This document shows, piece by piece, positions 41,321 through 53,000 of a stretch of 64,000 nucleotides of DNA. Position 1 is the stretch's first letter; each line of letters begins with the position of its first letter. A program made the translations under genes and the position numbers. The DNA comes from Marsupella aquatica (Eukaryota > Plantae > Marchantiophyta), in assembly GCA_973895155.1 (NCBI GenBank), contig OZ316898.1, positions 18,239,292-18,303,291 of the forward strand, in the 5' to 3' direction. The notes below the pieces were generated by a model, which was given only the letters and a program-made list of their open reading frames with translations, did not search any database and was not told where the DNA came from.

Positions 41321-41940
41321 TGCAGCTTAAGGACGGAGGAATTGAAATCGGGCCACCGAGACCACCCCCGATCAGAAAAAGCATCATCGGCAGCAACAAC
41401 AGAGACGTCTACTACGACGACGACGATGATGACGACGACCGCGATGGCGATGGAGTGGCCAACTTGATCCTGCACGTCTACAACGAGTACGCCGAAGAAG
41501 TGGAGATCGAGTACCAGCCTGTGAGCAAACAAGAGGACACAAGGTGGGGCTTCTGGTGTGACGGGCATACTTTGAAGACCGTGATTCCCTACAAATTCTG
41601 GAAAACGCACTGGTACCCGGCGGGCCGTGGCAAGGAGCATGAAAACAGCCATCTCCAATTGCACAAGGCGATTCGGGGGTCGCAAGCAAATCAAGCGATC
41701 TGCAGTGCCAACGAGTACAACAACAACAACGGCGGGCCGAACAGGGAGGAGCTGCTGTTGTCGTCGTCTTCTCCTTCGCAAGCAGCCTCTGCTATCTCTT
41801 CTTTTCACATGGCGGGCATTAATATTTGCCAATGTCATTCCTCCCAAAACAGTAACCACAACAACAACAAGGGCGTCGACAACAAAAGCTACAAGCGACA
41901 GGAGAACTTCAGCAGCAAATACGTTTGTCAATTCATTTGA
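41321..41940 (+). CDS. Possible terminal exon of an unknown protein with poly-Asp/Asn/Ser tracts
   Basis: 206-codon frame after a TGTGCAG acceptor, with GC3-rich codons in the first half; no family recognised. Confidence 0.35.
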
Positions 41941-43507
41941 GATCTTCTTCTTCTTACAAACTTTTTGTGCTGCCCCAGAAAGTCCATCATGCATTGATCA
42001 TTCCTGTTCTTCGGCCCATGCAGTAAGGCCTGCAACCCGTCTAGGTTCCTCCAGTAAATTCAATTTGATTGATGTCGTGCAAAGAGATTGCTCTGCTGTG
42101 GAAGAAGCTGACGATGTTTGTCGTAAATGTGTGATGAAAAGTAGATACTTGTCTGAGAATGTCTGTGTTGTAATGCATTGGGCTGCAAATTGGTCAGTTT
42201 CAACTGTTCGTTGAAAGATTTAGTTATTTTACTAAAATGTTTGCATCTTGCAATTGAGTTCGATTGCTTAACTTTAAATTTTGATAGCAAGTTTTTGGCA
42301 GTCGTTGGATACCCGAGATGTTGGTTGGCTTCAATAACTTAGTTATGGTTTGAGGCTCAAGTGAGGTGTTTTGTGCTCCTCAGGTTTCGGCAGCGCTTCA
42401 GCCAATGTCAATGGGTGGGTTGGTTCACTCTGGTTCGGCTCGAGCAGGTTCAGGTTGAATCTTCAAAACCTCCCCTAGGATGCTCTAGACCTCTCATGCT
42501 TATCTCCTTGGGTTCATTCTTTTGATGACATTCTTCCTGCGAAGGGCGACATTCCAAAGAGAACTCACGAGGGTTTGGTGTTTGATTTGGGGCACTCATT
42601 GCAGCGTTGATAATCCTCTGTGCTTGATTGGGTTTGGTTGAATCCACTTGATACTTCTCTTCATGCTCTGAGTGTGTGGTGAACCCCCGTGAGTTTGGTC
42701 TGTTGAATGTCGTTTTGCCCGTAAAGCGTGAGCTCTCAAAGAACCTACGAGGGTTTACACAGAATTCATGCAACTCCACAGTGGGACGGGGACTTTGATT
42801 CTGTCATTCTTTTGGATGCTTCTTACCCATACCATTGAAACCGTTTTGTATGTGTTTTGAGGGGAATAAATGTAAAAGAGTGAGAATAAATGTCACAAGA
42901 AGCTGTCTACAACTCTCAATCTTTATCTGAAGAACCAAACTGACTCCACTCTAAAGGGTTTAACTGAATTAGGCAACATCGCAAAAGAATATCATGGATT
43001 TAATTGAAATTCTCGGGACACAGTTTTGGGAATAATATGGCTCATACAGATAAAGATGAATAATTAGTAGGTGCGTGCCTGGTCATGTGAGCCTGTGCCA
43101 TGAGTCCCTCCGGCCCAATGGTTGCACCAAGCAACCTGCACCAGGGTGTGTTCATCAGCGGTAGTGCTTTTTTACTTGAGAAACGTAGCCGTTGGGCATT
43201 TACTTCTTTCCTCGACACAGCCTATGTTCTCGAATTCGGTACAGATTATTTAAATCATAATTGGCGTCAGTTCGCCTCTCGAGTTAACTGTGAGGGGCAG
43301 GAATCTCTCTTCTGGAACTCGTCTGGAACTCTAAACAACAGTGCTTCAAGAGCCAAATGTAGCGCCTCAAAGGCACCCTGGCGTCAGGAAACCCAAACTG
43401 ATTAAATGTTGCTCCTCTGTCTTGCTACTCCCCATGGAAAGAAAGGGACCAAAGTTTCATCAGGTCTTGCGTTTTGCTTCTTGACACTGAATGTAATACC
43501 GTTGCAG

Positions 43508-44529
43508 ACACGAGGGTCATAAAGGTGAAATGCCAGAGGCCACCCGGATTGCCAGCAAGCTCAGAAGACTTTGAGTTGGCAATCAAGGTGAGGTGCTCTA
43601 GGCCGGTCTCACCCATCCAAGTCCCAGAGATAGACACCAAAGCTAGATGCTCCAGACCAGAGTCACCTGCGCAAGGCTCAGAAACAGGAACAAAGACTAG
43701 ACACCTTTCGTCCACAGACGCCTCCGAAACAACAACAACGACCAGACACCTTTCCTCCACAGACGCTTCTAAGACAACAACGAAGACAAGGCAGTCCCCA
43801 GAACCGTCTGAGGGGACAACAAAGGCGAGACAACTCTCGTCCCCAGAACCGTCTGAGGGAACAACAAAGGCGAGACAACTCTCGTCCCCAGAAGCCTCTG
43901 AGAAATTGGTGGAATCTAGATGCACCACACCATCTTCAGCCTCAGAAGCCCTCACAAGAGCAAAGGAGGCTATGGCAAGAGTGCAGCAGATGACTGACAT
44001 AGTGACAAAATCCGGACCGAGCTCATCCATAGACTCTTTCGACAGGTTGTCAGAGTCAAGATGTTCTACACCTTGTTTGCCCGCAGAAGCTCTAGCAAGA
44101 GCAAAGGATGCTCTTGCAAGAGTGCACACAAACCGACCTTATAGGCCAGCACCCTCAACGCCTAAATTGAGAGTCCCTTGCAGATATTTTTATGCGAGGG
44201 CTGTCTTTCCTACTACTGCTTCTACTGCTGCCGTAGCTGAACTAACGGCCACCCCTCCTCCAGAAAAAGACATCCCAATTGACACCTCAGTAGTCCTGAG
44301 GAAGAATTTCTCAGGTGACACATCGGACCTCATTGACTCTTTCTCAGGACCAACAAACACTTTGTCGAGAGAAAAGACAGCTCATGGCTTCAGCCAGCAG
44401 AGGGAGTCCATTGCAGTCGGACAGCTCATAGTGAAGGATGCAGAGTTTGAGCCGATCCAATTCTGTAACCACTTTGCATATGAAAATCAAGAAGCCCTGC
44501 GTGGAGAAACCGAAGCTAAGTTATGCTAG
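43508..44529 (+). CDS. Ser/Thr/Pro-rich repetitive exon of an unknown gene, cut at the junction with the hydrolase remnant
   Basis: Long open frame with internal repeats (RCSRPxSP, TRHLSSTDAS, RQLSSPEPSEGTTK, ESRCxTP..EALxRAK). The last ~13 codons read into hydrolase intron sequence. Confidence 0.45.
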
Positions 44530-45240
44530 TCAGCTGCACAACATTCAAAGTTTCGCATGTATTAAGAGGCCTTTTGAATGACCAAACTAGACAACTCTGC
44601 CCCAAGCACCGATGAGTTAAGTACTGTAGTACTAGCAACGGGACTAGCAATTAGCGTTTGGAAAGTCAGATGGGACATTGCAACAGAAATGTGTGGGCCT
44701 CACCCCAACATGATACGCCGTCTTAAGACCCTCACACATTGCAGCAGCTGGTAGTTTGCGTTGTTTTTTGAAGTCGTTGTTGATAATTGACGTTTCTCCA
44801 ATAAGTTTCTCCAGGAGTCCCCAAATCGGACTCACCACTGACGGAACCATTTTTCGGTGTTCCGTCCTACGTAGTACATTCCGTGAATGTTCTTGACAAA
44901 AGTTTCAATTCTCTCAATCTTCTGTGTGTTGGAAATCTGAAACTTGCGCTATCTGAGGATCCTCCCACCATCATGCCAACTGCCTAAACCATTTAGTAGG
45001 GCCGTCGCCTCAGTGTAATTAATTTGCTTACGGTTAGTCATTTAGTATTAGTCCGGCTAATTACTGTTAGCCATTAGTAGCTTGGGACAAAACACACTTA
45101 GGATGCGCTGCCGCTCATTCTGACACTTCTGGTGGATCTTAATCCACGGCTCTTGCTATATGACTCTCCACGGTCTGGGACATCGAGTAAACGGATAATA
45201 TTATTAGTGCTCATGTAAGCACATGTTAGGGAGAAGAGAT

Positions 45241-45671
45241 CCCGGTTTGGATTTGCACGGCAAATGGAGCCTTTGGAACCCGTCAACAGGCAAGTTGTCA
45301 CCCGGACCCTCCCGACCACCCCATGTCAACTGCCCGGCCCTTCCTGGTCCGGCCCGGCCATGACACCCCCAGCCCGAGCCGGCCCTTCCCTGAAGTCCCT
45401 GGCCTGTCCCTCTGGCAAAACTCCCCTGGTCCCGGTCCCCAGCCGCCCTGCCCCAAGTACTCACCTAGGCCTGGCTCCCGGCCCCATCCCCCGGTCTCCC
45501 TTCCCGGTTTCCCCTTCCCTGCCCCGGCCCGGCCCAGCTTCCACCATAGCTGGGGCCGGGCCAGGCTGGGGAATAATAGGGAATATCTGGCAAATAAAGC
45601 CATTTTCGCCCGGCAAATGACAACTTTACGTGCCCGGCAACTGGGCAACTTGCCTGTAACTTCAAACCAGG
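45241..45671. mobile_element. hAT-type MITE, 431 bp
   Basis: Perfect 8-bp TSD GAAGAGAT (45233-45240, 45672-45679); TIR CCCGGTTTGGA / CCTGGTTTGAA; the empty site is visible in the paralogue at ~9283-9291. Confidence 0.9.
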
Positions 45672-45723
45672 GAAGAGATTCACTCAGCTACATCAGGGGT
45701 GCGTTGTCTTACATTCAGTTCTA

Positions 45724-46145
45724 CTAGCCCCGACTACCCATTCTTTGAACGTCAATAGCGGAGAGGACAATAAAAATATTCTCAGAATATGTTTTTTATT
45801 CATATTTTTTGAAGGTTAATGAAATGGAAAAAAAACCCATCATTTTAATAATTATATATAATCTACCATCCCTCTTTGTATGCATATCCTTTTTTCTCTT
45901 TTTATGCACATATGTTGTGGTGGGGCCATAGTGCCCATTTTTTGAATATAAATACTTAAATATTATCATTAAAAACTTACCAATCAACATACATCATAGT
46001 CATGATTTTTTCTCATGCACATGAGTTTTTCCATGCAGATGATAGCCATTCCATGTACATGATGGCCATTGAGTTACTGTCCAGAGACTTCACTCTAGAC
46101 CTAGGCTCTTAAAAGTAGCCCTCAGTTGGTGTTTTTATAGTAAGA
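45724..46145 (-). mobile_element. Small non-autonomous Helitron (422 bp)
   Basis: Absent from the paralogous site (~9336). Minus strand A|TCTTACTATAAAA ... CGTTCAAAGAATGG...GCTAG|T. Confidence 0.7.
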
Positions 46146-48030
46146 TTCAAAGCCAACAGGGGGACAAATACTATAATTGGCACTCACTATGTTATAGTCA
46201 CTAAGAACCTGGATAAAGCTGTCCGTTATGTTGGACGGCATGATCTGAAAACTGCGATCACTGGAAAATCATGCATCAGTGCTGTTCTCCAGTCCTACAA
46301 ATTGACAAATCGCAACTTTAGAATTAGTGAGAGCAACTGCTGTGTGATCAAATATACAGTATGTCAAAGGACGAGGTATCAGCTCTTGCTTCGAACCCTC
46401 TCCCTACTGTATGACATCTACTGTACATAGTTCCCTAGACAATTGGTAAGTTTCGGCCATCTCTACTGTATCTGGACTGCTAGCCCGGTGACATACAAGC
46501 CATGGAACTGGTAGCACTCACTCAGTGACGTCACATGACCTATCCTCTGGTAGGCCTCCGAAGGGAATATCGGTTTGCATCAGGTTGTCAACAATTAGTA
46601 TTGGCCTTTCAGTGCTAGTATTGCTGGAAGTATGATCTTCCATGGGCCTAGAACTTGGTTTTTGGCTAATCTCTTCAAGAGAGACAGAACTGCCTTCCAA
46701 AAGCCTGATCTCAGCTGAGGGCTAGGACCGCTGCTAACATCTTGCAACAGGCCGGATATCCTCAACAGGTGGTGCACGAGGGCTACTCTAGTGCTGGTAG
46801 TGCAGTATTAAACGTTTAATACTGCTGTAGTTGATATGTTGCATCAATTGGCAATTCCTGGTTGAAGAGCTAAAATTTCCTACATTACTTAACATTCTGA
46901 TTTAACCCTAAAGTTAGCTTAATCATTGCTAACCTAAGTCATTATGAAAAAAATGAGAAGCCCACCCCTTTTCTTGAAAGGGATTCACAATAGTTTAGAA
47001 GCTAACCAGTTGAATACTACAAAAATGACATAGAGGATAGAAGTGGGCCAATACTTTGTAACTGACTAAGTGATGAGAAGAAGACACTTTATAAAGAAAT
47101 AAGCATTGAAGCACAAGTAGCAAGTCACCCCAACCAATTCATTCTTGCTGTAAGTGGTTACTAAAAAATTCATCCAAAATCTAAAAAATAATGATTAATT
47201 ATTCTTCTCAACCTGGGAACTCGCCTGGGAATCCTTTTGAGCATGAAACACTACAGAACAAACCACTTTATTGAAACTTTTTTGGGGGGAGGGGGACCTT
47301 CACACTTTTAGGTACCTTAAAGAATACTTGTTTTTTCATTTATCTAAATACAATAGTCTTAAAAGCTTTTTATTACCATTTGGGGGAGATTGCTTAAAGT
47401 TGGAGCAACCCTATGCTATATGGCAGAACCTCGTTACTAAATTTCTTCATGTTTATTTTAGCATAAATTAGAATCCTAATGTGGTCAGATTACAATGAGA
47501 CATTTCCCAAAATATTGACCCCATGGATAATTTTTCAAACCCAGGCTTTTGCCAAAAAGAACTCCTTACTTGTGATTTAAGTTTTTATTCCTTTAAGGTA
47601 AATGTAAGGTTACATTTAACCCTAGTGGTCAATGATTTATATTAACTGCATCTTTCTCTACCTTTGTACTAGAGAGAGAGTGGTGGGTGTAGAGGGGTTT
47701 ACTATGGTTGTCCAGTGTTGAGTGGACAATTCAGTGTTTTAAATGCTTGCGTGTCTTTACGAGCACTGAAATTTTAAGAAAAGAGCCAAAGTCTGCAGTC
47801 AAAAGGCTTAAAAAAAAACAATTGCAATCTCCATCTCTTGGAAAAACATGAATCCACTATTCCATTGATCTGTTTAGTGTGAAACAATTGTCTCGGAAAA
47901 CATTGCTGGGGACACCTAGGCCAAGCTCGGCACACCTCGCTGCACACCCTCTCTATATTACCACTTTTGGGAAGGACGCCCTAAGTAAGTAGTTTGGGCA
48001 TGATTGACCAGTGACTTACCATGGGGTAAA

Positions 48031-48841
48031 CTAGTTGAAACCGGTTGCAGACGGTCAAGAGCCTGACTGCTTACCGGTCACATCCCAGTCCAAATTGTAA
48101 AAGGTGCTATCTGAGTCTTTTTTGCCGTTTGAGCCAGTCCATTTAAGCTTTGGAATTCCATCCGGGTTCAGAGAAAATCCCTTGGTCTGATTTTTCCGAC
48201 ATATGTACTCTTTTACTGTGATAAAGCACTTTCTCATCTCTCCAAGAAGAAAGTCTTTGTTCTTCTCAGGACCTTTCCATTTTTCTCTTGATGGTTGTTT
48301 TATTGGCAATCTGTGATTATTTTTGTAGTTGAGAATGGTAAGTTGAGGATGGCTTTACAAGATGTGAGGCCCAATGGGAGGGCATTCTTGACTTTTATTC
48401 ACCAAGCAAATTGGAGGGTCACTTTGGGGGGGAGGTGTTCACCCCCACAAAACTCTGGTTGCATGTGAGTGGTGGAAGACTCTGGTTGTGTGTGGTGGAA
48501 GCCTTCCAAAGATATGTGTGAGAAAAAACAGGGCATGTTTTATTCATTGGTCAGCTTCAAAGAACATTCAATAGGCCTGTTTAATTGTAGAAAAACTTTT
48601 CTTAAAGTTTTTTAAGGGTTATAAAATTCAAAGTGTGTGGTGTAAGACTTCCAAATATATGTGTGAGAAAAAAACTGTGCATGTTTTATTCATTGGTCAG
48701 CTTGAAAGAACATTCAATAGGCCTGTATAATTGTAGAAAAACTTTTCTGAAACTTTTATAAGGGTTATAAAATTAAAAATGGACGGGTTTAAAGAATGAA
48801 AAGGAGAGGCAAAAAAGAAATCATTTGCTTTATAATATAGG
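48031..48841 (-). mobile_element. Possible Helitron remnant containing a ~143-bp tandem duplication (48505-48780)
   Basis: 3' imperfect hairpin CCGTCTGCAACCGG then CTAG|T; 5' end CCTATATTATAAAGC (TC expected). Confidence 0.4.
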
Positions 48842-50068
48842 TCGAGAGCAACCAGCGTAGGGGGAACCGAAGGGGAAGCATCCTAGACACGCAAGCAGCG
48901 TTCCCAATATTTCTCCCCTCCTGCTTAGACAATCTGCATGCTGTGTCCACCGTCCATCTGTTCATTGTTAGGTAGCTCAGCCTTGACGGATGGATAGTTG
49001 CGCTCGATCAAGGTCGGTGGATACTATAGACTTTTGTACCCAATTGGGAATTTCTAGGAGTCCCACTCGTTTGTAAGAGCCGAACGAAGAAGCTAGGAAG
49101 CAGCATCGCTTGACTTTTGAGCACGAGATATATAATTAACAATTAACTTACTACTTTCTGGGGTGAAGAAAATGAGTCTGAGTGTGCACTCTGCAGCTCT
49201 TTCCATGAGCGAGCTCGCGACGATGAACGCGGGAAGCTGAGGACGTTTAGATGTCGTCGGACATGTTGTGTGTATCTGTACAGCACTAATGCACTCTCTG
49301 CGGTGAAGAAAGATGAGTCTGCAAGCTCAATCCGTGAGCTCGCCAACGGAGACGAACGCGGGAAGTTGAGGACGTTTAGATGTCGTAGTACAGGTTGCGT
49401 ATATGTATAGACAGCACTAAGATGTATCGTAGTAATGAGAAGAGTTTATCCACTCGTCCTCCGATCAGGAATTACCTACTAACGCCTTCCGACAAATCGT
49501 GAGTGGATTGCTTGCAATTGTCGAGAGATGTGGTTGGGAAAGTCCATTGAAGTGTGTACAACGGGGTCACTTTGTTTCCAGGTTCTTGAAATTTTTTCCT
49601 CTTGTAGCAGTCATGCAATGTTTGGAGAGAACTATTTTGAGGTTCCTAGAATTTTTTCCAATGTCTGTGAGTCATGAGTTTGGAGAGCAAATAATTAGGA
49701 AATGGCTGCAAATTTCAGCGGGTGTCGTCATAGCAATACAGGTACGACATCCTCACATGCTTTCATGTGTAATGTTGCAATTGCAGCTTTCTGCAGCATT
49801 GTGCGTATTTACAATAACAAGGATCCATCATCTAATCTAGACTTGTCCCATTTTCAGTTTGATTTACTAGGATATTAAATGACTGTCGTGCAGTCAGTCT
49901 TTTTGTCTTCATGTCATTCTGGGTCTTGCCAGTTTATTGAATCAAGTTTCTTCATGGATGTTTCTTGTTTGCGGGCCAAAAGAGCTTCCTCGTGGACTAG
50001 GTTTTTAAGAGGCATTCAGGAACAACATTGGAAAGTGAACGGGTGCTTCTGATCGGAAAGTCCACAAA

Positions 50069-53000
50069 ATGTCAAGAAAACTGCAGTGGTCCAGAGTAAG
50101 GGCATGTGTTAATTGGGTGGAAACGCCTCTCGGCGTTTTCTGGATGTCGATGGCGTACAATCTACTAGGCAACGACCTCTCCAGTGAAGTGCAAACTCAT
50201 CCAAAATCCATCCTCTTGAGACTTTCCCCTTACATGGGAATCGGCTCCACGATCCTCATTTTCTACGCGGTAAAGTTGACGGTCAAGTCTTATTTCCCGG
50301 AAAACTTAGAACGATGTCCAGATCCTAATCATCCAGCTGCTGGTCCTGCAGCCAATCCTGACCGGCTTGCAATTGATCTAGTCAAGCTCGTCGACGCAGG
50401 AGCAGAGAAAAATGATCACGATCTGATGGGTCTGTTAAACTATGTCATCCGTTGTGCGAGGGAAAAGGATGAAGGGTATAAGGATCTACTTAATTTTATC
50501 GACTCTCAGGATGACGATAAACGTGCAACACTTCCTGGACCTGTAATTGCAAACGGGATTGCAAACGACTCGAGTCGAGCTCAGTCCACATGTTCGCCTC
50601 AGATTGGGTGTCTTGGGAACAGCACGATGCAAGCTCCTGCCCAGCTTGCCAATTCAGCTCTCATAGTGCCCGTTGGAAGATCTGAGCAGGCACAGAATGC
50701 AAGTTTATGTGCTCATCTGGTGTTGTCGTCTGTCTTGCCTTTGGAAAGCAGCAGCTCTGTGGCTCAGACGCTCACAGCTTCATCTGCTCATGTGGTCTTG
50801 ACAATCGACACCAAGGACTTGGTGACAGATGTGAAGGGAGTGTATGTCCCGGAGGACGAGGGAAGCGGCTCGAGATTGTTGTACAGGAGGATTGAGCTCG
50901 GGCCCCAGATTGGCGAGTTAGAAATTGGCAAATTGAGGGTGCAGATGATGGAATCTATGGAGCTGGCCCGCAAGAAAGACGAGAACTGTACATTGCAGTT
51001 CGGATCATTTGCGGTGTTAAGATACACTGGTAAATATCAGCTGAGATGGGTTTCAAATCCTTATTGCTCATCGATGAAACTGAGTTTTTTGGTGGGCTGG
51101 AAAGAATCAATGAAACCTTTCAATTGGCAACATAATGGTTTGATTTGTTGGTTTTGGTATGTAAATTACGAATTCAATTCTGTCTGTCATGTCATGAGGG
51201 GAAAATAGATAAGACAGCTCCTTTTATGATATGATATTTAATAGAGGGTGAGTGGTTTTCGTGCCTTGTACAAAAAGAAACTATAGATACGAACGAGTAA
51301 AGTGGATCACCATGATAATTGCCCCCCCAAAAACCTGGATAATACTCACACAATATATATCACACAATGTAAATTTGTATTGAGTTCCACACTTCTAAAA
51401 CTGATGACACAATTTCTTGAATCTTGTAGACAATGGCCCAAAATGGTGGAAGCTCCCAAAAAATTGCACACCAACAATATGTAACATTCAGAGGTCTCCT
51501 TGGAGCTTACTAGAGTTTCTACCTGGTAAGATATATTATGTGCTACATTGGAGTGTACTGCTACCATTGGTTTCAATACTAGTTGGAGTCACTTACCTAT
51601 GACTAACCCTATGCCTGTGCGTTGCACACTTAGGGTTGTAGCTGGGTTGTCCAAGCACAAGTTTTGTCATTTCAGTTTGGTGGTCATTGCAAAAGACCAT
51701 GTTGTTTTTATTGGATGTCCCCGAAGGGACAAAAGACCATGTTGTTATCATTGCAGATTGAAGTGTAAGTTCATGTTTTGGCTGGGTAGTTGTTGTGGAA
51801 GTGTCCGCTTGTGAGAAAGAATGGGCATCATGAGGAATTGTATGGGGACCTTCCTTTGCTTATGGATGGGTATTCGAGCTAGTTATTTACAAGCAGATGG
51901 GTTGGAATGGCCCCGAGTTTCAAAGACCATCAATCAATTCTTCACATTATTTGTTTATACTTGGGGCAGGGTTTCCCCCCACAGGCTTTCCTCCTTCCAG
52001 ATTTAGAAAAAAATGGTTTCCATGCAGGTAGGAGGGCCAAGTGGACAATTACAGGGTCTAATCTCCAAAGTGCAACATTGAGAGCTACTACATCTGGAAA
52101 GGGTGAAGAGTTAAAAGTCCTAGAATACTTTAAGGTACGTGTATACGTTTTTCTGAATGTTGGGTTTGAAAATGTTTGTATAAGTGTACCTAAGTCCAGA
52201 TGTATTTGATTTTTGTTTTGAAGAGAACTCTCTAGTGTACGCCCATATTTTTTAGAGTAAAGAGCACTGTACTGTACATTGTCTTGCATGTAAGACATTC
52301 CAATTGTGAACTACTAGGAAAAAGGCTCTAATTGTTCCACGCAATTAGATAACCAAAGTTTGCTCTGTATAGACAAGGAGCAACGAGGATGTTTTGTTGT
52401 GTGAAGAACCCGATTTGGTGCGGAATTCAGCTCCAACATTTCCAGAAAAAGTTTACATTTGTGCTTCAAAAGCTGTGGAAGTAGAAATGGGGGCCACCAT
52501 TAAACTGCAAAGCGAGGTCAGAAGTGTTAGAAGAGTATACTGGAATTCAGGTATTCACTACTGATATACCCCGGCCGTAATAACTAACTGAGACCAACTA
52601 GTATTGTTTTGGTTGAATTCCTCTGGCAACGAGGTCAAAACCATTCAAATCTTACATTTTGTGGCTTTTCCCTTTAAGTCTTTTATTTCATGCTTGAGCA
52701 TTTATGCAGTGTAGTCGAAATTAATTTATATGCTTGGTTACTGAACCTATTCTTGCTTTGCTTTGGACAGTTGTGAGAGGTCTCATACCAAGCCTACCAA
52801 CCATGATCACGCTGGCAGTGTTGTACTTGTTGGGAATAATGAGAAGTGCTAGTCATGGGGGACACAATGCCTCCTCTCCCAATGTGGCCTTTGCTTCTCT
52901 TGGCCGTCAATATGTTCACAAGAATATTGCTGGCTTACTATTGGAATGGAGCCCTTTTCTTTCAAGTATTCTGAGGGAGACATATAAGCTTTTCCTAATT

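Larger units (their letters stand above)
44490..46872 (-). pseudogene. Remnant A' of the 3' part of gene A and the hydrolase (duplicate of ~8320-10077)
   Basis: SIINNDF..LPAAAMCEGLKTAY, the MPSNITDSFIQ mini-exon and the PSSRPMEDH..IVDNLMQTDI segment are all colinear with copy 1. Most of the hydrolase exon is missing and there are several insertions. Confidence 0.85.

Noticed and set aside
41290-44129. Long antisense ORFs 41290-41994 and 43425-44129
   Set aside because: Shadow frames of low-complexity plus-strand ORFs.
49499-50068. Extra N-terminal coding exon for gene B (MQCLERTILRF...IQ|GT at 49741; copy ending 15564)
   Set aside because: No acceptor I tested joins it in frame in either copy, and the copies differ by non-triplet indels. 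More likely a 5' UTR exon with a uORF.
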